A model generated the notes under the pieces. It was not told the origin of the DNA. It saw only the letters and a list, made by a program, of their open reading frames with translations, and did not search any database. This document shows, in pieces, positions 53,107 through 63,900 of a stretch of 64,000 bases of DNA (the first letter of the stretch is position 1; each line of letters starts with the position of its first letter). A program made the translations under genes and the position numbers. The stretch is taken from positions 1 to 64,000 of IMG/VR virus record IMGVR_UViG_3300043185_000099; one strand, written 5' to 3'. Source of the DNA: a virus.

Positions 53107-56100
53107 GTGATGTCGACCTGGTCACGGCCCGGGAACGGAGCCATCGAGATCGTCTCTGGATTGGGGGTTGTTCTGGTGCGACCGACGAACATAGGCTTGC
53201 CGTTGATGCGATAGCGATCAGCCGCAGCCGTGCCCTCCCCGAACCCTGTGGGGCCGATGATCCCGGCGAGCGTGACCCCTTTCGCTTGCGTGGACCCGTC
53301 TCCGAGCACTCCGTTGGTGAGGATGATCATCTGGATCTCGTCACCGTCGGTCGTCGTGTCATCGGTGGAGAACGCCTCCTCGAAGAAGTTGCGGACGAGC
53401 ACCGCCTTGCACGCAAGCAGGGCTCCCTTGAGGACCGGGGTGAGAGACGGCGGCAGTGCGTCGGAGAACCAGTCGAGAGGGCCGCCCGGATTGCGTCCCG
53501 AGAGCATGAGGGATGACCCGCCACCACGGTAGAGACGGAATCTTTTCGTTCCTCCAGGATTTGTGGTCGAGAAGGCCGTGTATTGCAAGATGGCCCCATC
53601 CGCCTCAGCCACCAGCTCGCCGGGTGCCCCTGAGAATCTCGTGAACTCCTCGCCGGCCGATCGCGTGAGAGGCAACAGAATCTGCACGGGGCGGATGCCA
53701 CCGTAGGTTGCCTGCACGGCGGAGGCGGCATCGTTGAGCGGGTTCTCGCCGATGAAGTCGCTGTCTTGCAGGAGGATGCCGAGCGGGAGACGGTCTGTCA
53801 TGCCCGTCAAGACGAGCTGTGTCGTCCCGTTGCCGGCATTGAGGACGAGATCCTGTCCCCCGAGCAGTGGGGTCGTGGTCAGCCGAGCGCTAAGACCCTG
53901 TTCTCCCGTCGTCGGGACCTTCAGCAGGAAGTTGACGAGATCGTTGACCTCAACCGTGACCGCGTTGCCCGCCGCTCCGACCGCGAACGCCACGATCTCG
54001 ATCTGAGGCGTGTCGATGTCGTTGAAGGCCACGATAGTGCTCTGGAGTTCTGTGCGTGCGTTGATCTTGTCGAACAATTCCCGGGCGATGACCGCCGGGT
54101 CCGGTGAGCTAGCGTCGAACTCACCGGGGTTCACCGTGGGGCCGTTGATTGCCACGAACGCAATGCGCTCTCCGGTGGGCTTGATCACCGTGAACGTCGA
54201 GACCAGGAAGTCGAAGGTCGCGTTGTTGCCGATGATCTCGAGAACAGCCTCTGCCCGGTCCGTGTTGGTCTTCGCCTGACCCTCCGTGAAGGCTCGTGTC
54301 AGAACACGCCACGGTGGGGTTGTGGCCTGTGCGGGGATCCTCGTGGATGCTGCGGGGGTGTTCTGAACGAACCCCACGTCTGTCACGGTGCCGGGGAAGA
54401 GCCTGCCTCCGATGTTGCCCGATCCCATCGTCGTGTAGAAGTCGAGAGATGCGAGCACTTGGAACGAGCGCGCGTTGGGACGCTCGGGGATCTGTTCACC
54501 ATCGACCTCGAATTGTTGGATGGCGAAGTTGAGCTGGTAAGCGTCCGACTGCGCGACTTGGCCGTAGCGGTCCTCGTAATCAGTCGTCATCCTCACTTCG
54601 CCCGCTCGCGTCATGTACGGGTCTCCTTGGTAGACGGTGCGCTCCTGCGCAACGTAGAGACGACTGGAATCCGGAGCTGCCGACGGGATCGCCATGAAAA
54701 ATCCCTGCAGTTCAGGGTTCAGTCCGTCCGTCCGCAGGGTCCCTTGTCCGTTGTGGCGCCGCGCCACCACGAAGTTGTTGTCGTTGACCCACCCTCTGGC
54801 GAACCCGAAGCAAGTGAACTCCAGGACATACTCCAAATCTGTGGGCAACTCCCCGTCCACGTAATTCGGAGACTTCGTGATGTCCAGGAGGTTGAACGGA
54901 ACTATGTACGTGTGGTCGCCCCGCTCGCCTGTGAGGTCGAACGCACCATCCTCACAGAGGAACAGAGTCTGCTTGGTGGCATCACGACGCATGAGGTTGA
55001 TCGCCCGATTAGCTTCGGGTGTCACTCGGTCGGCTTGGAATGTGGCGCCGCCCTTGGCGACGAAGTCTCGACGGTCGTAGACGCCGTAGAGCCGCGCAAT
55101 CCCAAGATACGGAGGCAACTGGATGCCGATGAGGCCCGACCCGAAATCCGAGCTGATGACGCTGTCGAGGTAGTTAGTGATCTCGGCTGCGTTGGTCGTC
55201 CCGGTGCCAATCTCCGTTGTGAGCCGTCCCTGGTAAGCGTTTCGCAGGGTGCCGATGATGTTGGCGAACTGGCCGTACTTGAGCCCCGATGTTGACCCCG
55301 TCTGCACACAGATGGGCGTGACCTGGACGCCGCCCGACAGGTTGTCCTCGCCGCCAATGATGTTGAACACCGGGTTGGTGAGGTCTGTCGTGTCGCAGAA
55401 CAGATGGTTGACGCCGTCCAGGAATATCCCTGCTCCGAACGCCGGTCCGTTGTCCTGGTAATAGGGGATGTCCATCCGCCCGAACCGCGGCATGTACTGT
55501 GGCGGCACCGGGTACCCCATCTGCAGCCCTGTGGTGAGGATCTGCGCGTCATCCTTGGGACCATCCCATCCGTTCAAGATGAGCGAGGGGTTGGGGTATT
55601 GGGTAGATGCGTTCGGGAAGTCTGGCGGGTTGTTGGCCCCCAACAACGTCGCGGTGACCGAAGGGATGATCGTGACCCCCTTCGTCGTCATGTTCTGGCG
55701 TTGGAACGGCCGGAACAACAACGTCTTCGATCCTGCGTCGAAGAAGCTCTCGTTCTCGCGGTCGGTCTCGGACGACAAAACGACATTACCTCCGTAGTTG
55801 GGAGCGTCCGGAGCCCACATGCCCAGACTCGGCAGGCGATTCCAGGTCTGGATGTGCGTCGGGTCGTAATTGACCTCGACCGGATTGCCCGGTGCTCCCG
55901 TCTGCGTGGGAAAATTCGGATCGAGGACGGCTCTGCTCTGCCGCATGATCCGGCTGTTCGGACTCTGAATGGCGATGCGGTGGATCAGATCGGGCACGCG
56001 GGCATTCGCCCCACGGCCAGGGTGGTAGAGGAGCGTCAGATTGAGGATTGCCTTGAAGTCGAACGGGGTCTGCAGCGTCTTCCCGTTGGCCGCCATGCTC

Positions 56101-58757
56101 GGGTTGATGTTGTTGATGTTCCAGGGATTGGCGGCACCTCCCTGCTGAGCCGTCAGATCCGTGAACGTGATGGTCAAAGTTGCGGGACCGATGGCGGACC
56201 CTCCGTTGTCCTCGGAGTTCGTGGTCTGCGACCGCAACTCGGCGGTGACCGTCTTCGTCGTCGTATTGTCGAAGTCGGTCACACCCTGGCTCAGGAACTG
56301 GACGCGGACGCGATTGGACGCCGAGGCCGGGTTCGTGGTGATCCCCGACACCGACGTGCCGGCTCCGATCACCTTGAAGGCGCCGTTGTTCGGCGTCTTG
56401 GAATCGTCCCCGAAGAGAATCAGGTACACCTCAGACGAGTTTCCCGTGATGTCCTTGCCGCCGTTGGTGAGCATGCTCCACAGGGTCCGCTCGCCGCGGA
56501 GGACGGGGAAGTTGAGCAGCGACGGGTCATTCTGAAAGTTGCCGTTGGCGTCCTTGGTCCACCAGTCGCCTGCGGTGTCGAAGTTAGTGCCGGGCAATAC
56601 GATCTCACCCTCACCGAGTGGGATCAGGGGATCGAGACTGTTCCCGATGAGCTGCGTGGCCCCGTCGATGCCGGTGACGACGGACGCGCTGTTGAGCACG
56701 CCACCACACACGAGGAACGGCCGCTCGAAATCGAGGAACTGCAGCGGGTACATCGGGCCCGGATGCTCCGTCGTCGACTCGCCGGGGCCCGCATTCGAGA
56801 GGGACTGAAGACCACCTCCAGATCCCGCCACCCCGGCGTTGGCCTGGTCACTGCTGACCCACTGGATCGAGACGGGGTGCTGCAGGCCCGTTGTCGAATC
56901 GGGGAACTGCTGCTTCCAGTATTCCTGCGGCGACACGAAGCGCACGGCTTTCGTACCCGCGGCTCGGAACGTCTTGCGTGCTCCGTTCGATCCATCGTCG
57001 CCTCCGATGTAGATGAAGATGGTCGTCCCGTTCGTGAACCCGGGCATCGCGTTGTTCTGGTTGTTCATGAACGCCGCCGGCTTGAAATCGGCGCCCACGT
57101 CCCACTCGACGAGGTCGTCGAGCGTCTGGATGAAGCCAGCGTTCATCGTAGCATCGGGGTTGAGGAGACAGGTGACATCTCCTTGAATCGTCGCAGCGTC
57201 AGACCAGATCTGGCGGATGCCGTCGGGACCATCGAGCGCCTCCGATCCAATGGGCACCGCTGTGGCACCATCCTGGAGCAGATAGTCGACTTCGGTGACG
57301 GACACGCCCTCCGTGTCCCCGCCCGGAGCGCCGGCCTGCTTCCAGGTCGAACGCAGATTATTGCGCATCAGGGCCGAGACATTGTGAAGGAGGAGCCTGT
57401 TGTAGTCCCAGTCCCCGATGATCGTGCCACGTCGCAAGTCCAGGATGTCGTCCTCGGACACCTCGTCGGCATAACGTCCGTCCGGGCGCGTGTTGAAGAA
57501 GTTGACGTTCGATCCACTGCCGAAGTCGTTGTTGTCGTTGCGGCCCACATGCGTCACGATGTCGGAGCCCCAACGGCCACGCCCGTTGGCGGGAACGGTG
57601 ACCGTTGGTGGGCTGGAAACCGTGTCGACGGCGGAGATCCCGATCACTTCCTCGTCGATGACCATGAACGCTTTGGTTAAATCGAGACTCGGATCGTCCC
57701 AGCCGGAGCCGATCAGGTTGTCTACCTGGATCAGCGTATCCACCGTGAATTGCTGCGGTGGCATGTCATTGATCAGCGTCATCTGGAGGAGCTGCTTGGC
57801 GCCGTCCCGCGGATCGGGGAGAGTCAACGCCGACGGGTTGCGATTGAAGGCGCCGTTCTGATTGGGAGCGCCCGCGAGATTGGCGGCGACGAACGGCTGG
57901 CTGTTGCGTCGGAACACGGCGCAAATCGGGATCGCGTAGGAGTAGCCGTCCGTCGTCCCAAGGTCGTTCTGGGAGTCGCCATCCCCGGCGCGCCAGAGCG
58001 AGGGATCGCCGAGCTGCGTGCGCATGTTCGCGAAGGTGAACGACGTAACAGCGCTGCTCGCCCCTTGAGCGAATACGTTGGGGTCGCCAAGGCCATCCGG
58101 GTAGACACTCAGGTCAGGGCTCGTGCCGGCCCCGGAACCTTCACCCACGACGCGGATGCGGTACTGGAGCTGCACGCGCTCCGTCGTCTCAAAGCCGATG
58201 GTGGGGTCCGTGATGTCATCAGAGATATTCGTGGCCCCGAACTCGACGTTGCCGTACTTCCAGACTGCGTTCGCGGCCGGCTTGTTGGCCGTGCTGGGAT
58301 TCGGCGCGACACTCACCATCCACGCCTCGAGGAAAACGAAGTCGATGCGGGAGTCGCTCTCGGGCGGAGGGAAGAGGCGAACCTCGTTGGACGTCGAGTT
58401 CTCCAACGTCAGGAACGTCCCGGTCACCGGGATGATCCACCCGTTGACGTTGGCGAAGAGGACGGGGCTAATCTCTTCCGGAGCCCCGTCTACGTCGTTC
58501 TTCTGTTGACCGAAGAGGAACCTGTTAGAGTCGAGCGGGTTGGTCACGAAGTCTGCCAGAGCCCGCGTCGGGTCCAGGAAGAACCCACTGTGCGCCTCGG
58601 CGCGCACGAGCTGCCGCAGCTGCTCGATCTGGTCCTGCTGCAGGAGGTTCAGCTCGCTGTCCAGCGGAGGCTTGCCCTGCTGGAAAACGACAACTTGGAA
58701 CTGCCGGGCAAGGGCAGAGAGGGTACGGCTGACTCCGTTTCCGAAATCTTCGGACAT
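53103..58757 (-). CDS. large virion structural protein (baseplate/tail-associated)
   Basis: 1884 aa, G/N/T/D-rich. N-terminal VVFQQGKPPLDSELNLLQ and ETTERVQLQY resemble baseplate/tail proteins of large myoviruses. Confidence 0.7.
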   Translation of the reverse strand: MSEDFGNGVSRTLSALARQFQVVVFQQGKPPLDSELNLLQQDQIEQLRQLVRAEAHSGFFLDPTRALADFVTNPLDSNRFLFGQQKNDVDGAPEEISPVLFANVNGWIIPVTGTFLTLENSTSNEVRLFPPPESDSRIDFVFLEAWMVSVAPNPSTANKPAANAVWKYGNVEFGATNISDDITDPTIGFETTERVQLQYRIRVVGEGSGAGTSPDLSVYPDGLGDPNVFAQGASSAVTSFTFANMRTQLGDPSLWRAGDGDSQNDLGTTDGYSYAIPICAVFRRNSQPFVAANLAGAPNQNGAFNRNPSALTLPDPRDGAKQLLQMTLINDMPPQQFTVDTLIQVDNLIGSGWDDPSLDLTKAFMVIDEEVIGISAVDTVSSPPTVTVPANGRGRWGSDIVTHVGRNDNNDFGSGSNVNFFNTRPDGRYADEVSEDDILDLRRGTIIGDWDYNRLLLHNVSALMRNNLRSTWKQAGAPGGDTEGVSVTEVDYLLQDGATAVPIGSEALDGPDGIRQIWSDAATIQGDVTCLLNPDATMNAGFIQTLDDLVEWDVGADFKPAAFMNNQNNAMPGFTNGTTIFIYIGGDDGSNGARKTFRAAGTKAVRFVSPQEYWKQQFPDSTTGLQHPVSIQWVSSDQANAGVAGSGGGLQSLSNAGPGESTTEHPGPMYPLQFLDFERPFLVCGGVLNSASVVTGIDGATQLIGNSLDPLIPLGEGEIVLPGTNFDTAGDWWTKDANGNFQNDPSLLNFPVLRGERTLWSMLTNGGKDITGNSSEVYLILFGDDSKTPNNGAFKVIGAGTSVSGITTNPASASNRVRVQFLSQGVTDFDNTTTKTVTAELRSQTTNSEDNGGSAIGPATLTITFTDLTAQQGGAANPWNINNINPSMAANGKTLQTPFDFKAILNLTLLYHPGRGANARVPDLIHRIAIQSPNSRIMRQSRAVLDPNFPTQTGAPGNPVEVNYDPTHIQTWNRLPSLGMWAPDAPNYGGNVVLSSETDRENESFFDAGSKTLLFRPFQRQNMTTKGVTIIPSVTATLLGANNPPDFPNASTQYPNPSLILNGWDGPKDDAQILTTGLQMGYPVPPQYMPRFGRMDIPYYQDNGPAFGAGIFLDGVNHLFCDTTDLTNPVFNIIGGEDNLSGGVQVTPICVQTGSTSGLKYGQFANIIGTLRNAYQGRLTTEIGTGTTNAAEITNYLDSVISSDFGSGLIGIQLPPYLGIARLYGVYDRRDFVAKGGATFQADRVTPEANRAINLMRRDATKQTLFLCEDGAFDLTGERGDHTYIVPFNLLDITKSPNYVDGELPTDLEYVLEFTCFGFARGWVNDNNFVVARRHNGQGTLRTDGLNPELQGFFMAIPSAAPDSSRLYVAQERTVYQGDPYMTRAGEVRMTTDYEDRYGQVAQSDAYQLNFAIQQFEVDGEQIPERPNARSFQVLASLDFYTTMGSGNIGGRLFPGTVTDVGFVQNTPAASTRIPAQATTPPWRVLTRAFTEGQAKTNTDRAEAVLEIIGNNATFDFLVSTFTVIKPTGERIAFVAINGPTVNPGEFDASSPDPAVIARELFDKINARTELQSTIVAFNDIDTPQIEIVAFAVGAAGNAVTVEVNDLVNFLLKVPTTGEQGLSARLTTTPLLGGQDLVLNAGNGTTQLVLTGMTDRLPLGILLQDSDFIGENPLNDAASAVQATYGGIRPVQILLPLTRSAGEEFTRFSGAPGELVAEADGAILQYTAFSTTNPGGTKRFRLYRGGGSSLMLSGRNPGGPLDWFSDALPPSLTPVLKGALLACKAVLVRNFFEEAFSTDDTTTDGDEIQMIILTNGVLGDGSTQAKGVTLAGIIGPTGFGEGTAAADRYRINGKPMFVGRTRTTPNPETISMAPFPGRDQVDIT

Positions 58758-58760
58758 AGC

Positions 58761-59996
58761 TCAAAGGCTCCTTGCGGCCGGCAAATCATACCGACGACGA
58801 TGATTAGCGATGGTGTCCCGATGGACATTGACTTGCCTGGCGAGAGCAACGTCAGGCATCGTGCCAACCAGGGCATGCCAAGCCGGCATCTGAGTCTCGG
58901 TATACACCGGGATGGCGAGTTTGCGACGGTAATGCAGCACCGTCACTGGCGAGAGGTTGAACTTCGTCGCGATGTGGGAGTCAGGCATCGTGCCAACCAG
59001 GGCATGCCACGGTCGCGAAGACAGTTTTCGTGTGGGGGCGACAGCTTTGAACCCTGCCAACTTTCGTGAACGAGCGACATCCGAGATCCCGAGACCGACT
59101 CGTTCGCTGATCTCTTGATCCGTCAACTTGCCAAACCACTTGTGCCACGGTTGAGGTCGAAGGCCCCGCAACGGCTCGTACGGGTCTCGTTCGCTGATCA
59201 GGCCTCCAACTTTGGCACGCATCGCGCACCAGTCTTGCCAAATCTTGTACTTGCGAGCGAGCCGCATACCGGTCCCAGCATAGATGGCCTTACAGAACAG
59301 TTCCGCTTGCGAGCCGTCCATACGGACCGTTGTCGACGTCACGCTGTGTGGAACACCCAGGGTGTCCAGAAGTCGAGAGAGGAACACCAGGTCACGACGC
59401 GGGCCACACGCGATGCCGGCACGGAGGACACTGCCTCCAGGCATCTTGCGATTTTTGACGCTCATGATCCATCCATCTCCGTCGCAGACACCACGCAAGA
59501 AATCGGTGGCCCACAACTCAGGAATGAAGACCATCCTTGTTCCAGTCTTTGACTTGCGAGGCCGAATACCCAGCCGCAGGAGACGACCGACAAGCGTATC
59601 GCTGACCGTGACGGAGGCATGTTGGACCTTGGGTGTTTTCCTCAACTTGGTCCCGCACACCTCGCGCTGCTTCGGCGTCTTCCTGATGATCTTGTTCGGG
59701 TTCCCCACGAAGTTGTGGAACCAACGAGCTTGCTCCTCGTCCGTGCTGACGAACTGAATCCTCCACGAGCCCTTCGCCGGTTTCGTGATGTTCCCATCAC
59801 TGAAAATGAGCCCGAGCGCGTAAGCCATGTCCGGCGTCCACTCGTCGAAGGCATCCAGTCGCAACTGAGTCTCCGTCGCACGACGCTTGAACTGCCCTCG
59901 ACATTTTGCCGAACACATCCGAGCCATGCCATACCGGCTTGTCGAGAACTGCTGCTCGCAGATCTCGCACAGGGCCGTCTTCATGTGCGTTGACAT
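58761..59996 (-). CDS. LAGLIDADG homing endonuclease with C-terminal HTH-like repeats
   Basis: YALGLIFSDG and FLRGVCDGDG; repeats WHALVGTMPD (30-bp identical copies at 58851-58880 and 58980-59009). Confidence 0.85.
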   Translation of the reverse strand: MSTHMKTALCEICEQQFSTSRYGMARMCSAKCRGQFKRRATETQLRLDAFDEWTPDMAYALGLIFSDGNITKPAKGSWRIQFVSTDEEQARWFHNFVGNPNKIIRKTPKQREVCGTKLRKTPKVQHASVTVSDTLVGRLLRLGIRPRKSKTGTRMVFIPELWATDFLRGVCDGDGWIMSVKNRKMPGGSVLRAGIACGPRRDLVFLSRLLDTLGVPHSVTSTTVRMDGSQAELFCKAIYAGTGMRLARKYKIWQDWCAMRAKVGGLISERDPYEPLRGLRPQPWHKWFGKLTDQEISERVGLGISDVARSRKLAGFKAVAPTRKLSSRPWHALVGTMPDSHIATKFNLSPVTVLHYRRKLAIPVYTETQMPAWHALVGTMPDVALARQVNVHRDTIANHRRRYDLPAARSL

Positions 59997-60784
59997 CAGA
60001 AAAGTACCGCGTAGTGGGCCAAGTAATACTTGGCGTTGGGATTCGTGTTCTTGAAGGCCAGCCGGATCAGCAGACCCGGGGTGCAGAAGGCGATGGGGAT
60101 GAGACGCTGTACCGGGAAGAAGTTCGCGCCGTCATTGATGGAGAGGAACGCCTGGAAGTCACCAGGCTCCTGGTCGACTTCCAGCACCTGCCGGATGGCG
60201 GCGAGGTTCTGACCGGCGAAGAACCCGAAGCTCGAGCGCACGTCGATGGTCGTAGAGAAGCGATACAAATACCAGTAGACGGCGAACTCCGAGGCGCCCG
60301 CGCCACCTGTGAGAGCCCCGACGTCGATGGTGTCCGTGACGATCACGCCGGGACGCTCGAGTCCGAGTCCGGCGGTGTCGTTGCTTTCCAGCATCGCCAC
60401 TGAGCAAGCCGCGTTTCCAGACGGGAGCGGGCCCGCCGTCCCGCGCCCCATCTGGAGGCGCGACACATGCGAGGCCGTCACCGGCGCACCCTCATTGAGG
60501 ACGGCCGTCGGATCGAGGTCATCCATGTCCGTGTCCTCGATCAAAGGGTTGTAAAGGACGTTCTCGTACTGCGGAAACTGTGCGAGGAGCCCGGCGAAGT
60601 TCCTCGCGACCACCGAGTTCGGATTGAAGGACGGGAGGATGAAGCTGTCCGGCTCGACGGCGACCTTGACCCCCTCCGCGATGGGGACCATATACATCCC
60701 GTTTCGCGATACGGGGGTACCGTTCGGTGGATTTTTCTCCACTTGGACGATGCGGTTGTCCGCAAGTGTGGCAACGACGCGCAC
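59996..60784 (-). CDS. putative virion protein
   Basis: 262 aa in the structural block; ends YYLAHYAVLF. Confidence 0.6.
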   Translation of the reverse strand: MRVVATLADNRIVQVEKNPPNGTPVSRNGMYMVPIAEGVKVAVEPDSFILPSFNPNSVVARNFAGLLAQFPQYENVLYNPLIEDTDMDDLDPTAVLNEGAPVTASHVSRLQMGRGTAGPLPSGNAACSVAMLESNDTAGLGLERPGVIVTDTIDVGALTGGAGASEFAVYWYLYRFSTTIDVRSSFGFFAGQNLAAIRQVLEVDQEPGDFQAFLSINDGANFFPVQRLIPIAFCTPGLLIRLAFKNTNPNAKYYLAHYAVLF

Positions 60785-60915
60785 GACGTTTCACGGAGGC
60801 GAGGTTATAGAGCCGTTAGGGGAGACTCGAGGGTCCTCGGAGATCCACATGCCAAGAACCATCGCGAGGAAGCTGTGCTCGACAGTGACGATGCGAGGTA
60901 GAGGATACGCGGACC

Positions 60916-63900
60916 TCATGGCGGCAGCAGCGGTGGTCCCGTGATGTCGAACCGCGTGACAGAGTGGGTGAACCATGTGTCCAAGTTCACCCTGGGCGCT
61001 CCAGCCGACGTCTTTTGGATGGCTGTGATGAGGTAGAGCCCGGTAGCGCCGGCCGGTAGGTTGGCTGCGGAGTTGATGACGCCGTTGGCGATCATGGTGA
61101 AGTTGGCATCGAATAGACCGTACCGAACTTCAGGCCCGGAGAACGTCTCCATCACGAAGTGGTAGACTCCCGTGCCGTCGGACACCACCCCCGTCGGGAG
61201 CCCCAGCGCGCCTCCCGACCCGAGGCCGAAAAAGCTGAACGTGTCGGTTGTGGGGCCATAGACCCTGAGTCCGGCCATGACGACGTCCGCGGGAGGGGCA
61301 AGGATGCTGATGGCCTCAGCCGATGTGATGGGCGATGTCACTCCCGTGTCTGTGCCAATGAGCCCCGTGAAAAAGATGTATTCCTCGCCCGACGCGTTGA
61401 TCTCGAATTTGGTCACATACCTCGTGAACGAGTTGACAGACACGACCCCGACACCGTTGTTGTCGGGGCTCGTCATCACTCCCTTGTAGTCGAACTGCGC
61501 GATGAGGCTAGCAAGGCGAAGCCTCGGGCCGTGAGACGTCACAGCGTAGACCCCACCCGGAGCGCCGTTCACCGGATTGGCGTTGTCTTGATACGCCAAA
61601 GGTTCGACGAAACCGTTCTCGCTGTAAAATTTGTTCCCGATGACGTTGGCTTCGGGGAAAGCCGACGCACAGAAGTACCCCCACTGATAGCTGGAGAAGG
61701 CAAACTGCGCGGCCTGAATCGGGAGAATGACCTTCACGGAGCCGTCTATCTGCGGCTCCACTGTCGCATCAGGGAAGCGCAGGGCCGTCGCTCGTTGGCT
61801 CGCTCCGTAGACGGTGTCGAACTTGGCGTCCTCGGTCAGCTTTGCGTTATTGCTCGACGTCTGGCTGAACACCACGTCACGTCGAAGGATGACGCACAGC
61901 GCGGCCGCCCCGCTCGGATCGTCGACGTCGGGATGGCTCGACACGAGTAGCAGTGAGCTTGAGAAGCCCACAGTGATGACTTCCGTGTACCCCCACAATC
62001 CGTAGCTCCTGGTTACGGGCGTCCCGTCCGGCGCGAGACTCCCCTCCAGGATCTCGATCACCCCGGTGGGAGGCCCCTCCCAAACTTGGGAAAGGACGAT
62101 GCCAGTGGCGCCGATGTATGGAGGCGTCGCGACGAAGCCGGTGGCAACCAAGTCCACGTTGGCGCCAATCCGTCCGCTGTAGGCATCGACACTCCCGTCT
62201 CGTCCTCCGGCCACTCGCATGCCCGGTCCCGTCTGCGAGGGCTCCATGCTGTAGGGCACGCAGGCGGCGAAGAGAACGATCTCGTTGCGGGGGTTGTCCG
62301 TGCCGGATCCGCCAATAATGCCGTTGGGAACAATCTGGCCGCCAGGAGCTGCGGGCGGCGCGTGACTCAGAGAGATGACCCCCGAGGAGTAGTCGATGTC
62401 GACGTACTGCTCCTCCGTGAGCGAGGGATCGATGATGATTTCGCGTGACGTGATGGGGCGATCAAAATCCGGTTCCGGATCCCCCGAAGATCCCTCGCGC
62501 GCTGGAAAGAGGACCATGCGGAATCCCAAGTCGAGCAGACTCCCCGGGTCGGACGCACTGGGCAAGCCGCCTCCGACGGGAGTTTGGGCCATGGTGTCAA
62601 AGATCGCCTTGTCGGCCCGTGCAGGACTCACACCTCCTGGAAGAGGCCACGACGCAGCATCGCTGACCTCCTTCAACGCCCGCTCGACCAAAACGGGATC
62701 GATCAGGTTTCGGAGTCGGAGGGCCTCGACTTTGTCCAGGTCGAAAGCGCCTTGCCACACGAGACTTGCTGGTTCATGGACCGTGAAAAAGGCCAAGTGT
62801 ACGGGGTCACCTCCAGCGATGAAATACGGACCCGGACCGAAAAAGGTAGCCCCATCGTTTGGGTCCACTTCAGCCACGCGAGCCAAGATATAGCGGTCGC
62901 CGAGCAGAACGGCGCCAGTACTAAGAACCTCAAACCATCCCAGAGCTTGGATTCGCGTTCCAAAGGTGAGATCTACACCATCATCTGAGTCAATCTGGTA
63001 GATCTTCAAGATACGCCCGAGGTCCGAGGACGACGGGTTCTGCACGTTTTGGATGATCATTTGACCCGCAAGAGCCGTGGTCGCGGCCGCTTGCTTTTCG
63101 ATCTCCGCGGTCCCTTCACGTAGCGGACGAGGATTCGGCAGAGTAGCCCGTCCTCCGTACTGTGCCGCTGCACCGACAGTGGGAACACCAGCGAATCCAC
63201 CCTGCAGCCACGAACCATCGCCTAGTGTGCCACCATCGTACGGAGGGTATAGATCGGACGCGGCGGCCTCTTCAGGGCTAAGGACCACAAAGCTTCGCTC
63301 GCGCCCGACACCTTCTCCGCTCCCGGGAACGGCCGCCAAGCGAGTCACATAGGGCTTGAGGATAGTGATGGAGCGGATGTGCCTGGGCAGTGGCACCGTG
63401 AGATCAAAGTGATCCGCGAGGCGCTTGTTAGGATGCAGCTCGATGACGTTGCCGCCAACAGAGGCGACGCGGAAAATCTCGTACTTCGCTGTGTCCAGAC
63501 GGCTCGGGAGAGCCCCCATCGGCGTCGTACCAGCAGGCGTCGATCCGGGATTCGCGCCGTCGTCGGTAATTACGACGTAGAGGCCCCCGAGAGGCTCGTT
63601 CAAATCTCCGATCGTGAAGTTCGGGATGTCGTACCCTTCGGCGACTGTGACGGCGACTGCCGGCCCCCCATCTGGACGCACGTCCATCGTAAGGGTGTCC
63701 CCTCCATTGGCACCCGCAGCAGGACTCGCAGCCCAAGTCCAGTCGCAAAACGGGCTCTTGAGCGTGGGGCCAATCACCTCAAAGCTGATCGGATGACCGA
63801 CAAGACTGGGCCCCTTTTGACCAAACCTGTTGGTTCGCCAATTGTAGGGTACGAAGTCGACATCAGGAAGCCCTCGCTGACCCAACTTGAGGGGCTTGGA

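Noticed and set aside
1842-59009. CRISPR array or DGR template/variable repeats
   Set aside because: The repeats found (15-bp, 33-bp, 30-bp) are in-frame coding duplications with no spacers, no adenine-specific mismatches and no reverse transcriptase.
55404-59069. Long + strand ORFs (758 aa, 439 aa), and similarly 28543-29982, 39015-40538 and 48660-49292
   Set aside because: They are antisense shadows of GC3-biased minus-strand genes and have no recognisable motifs.
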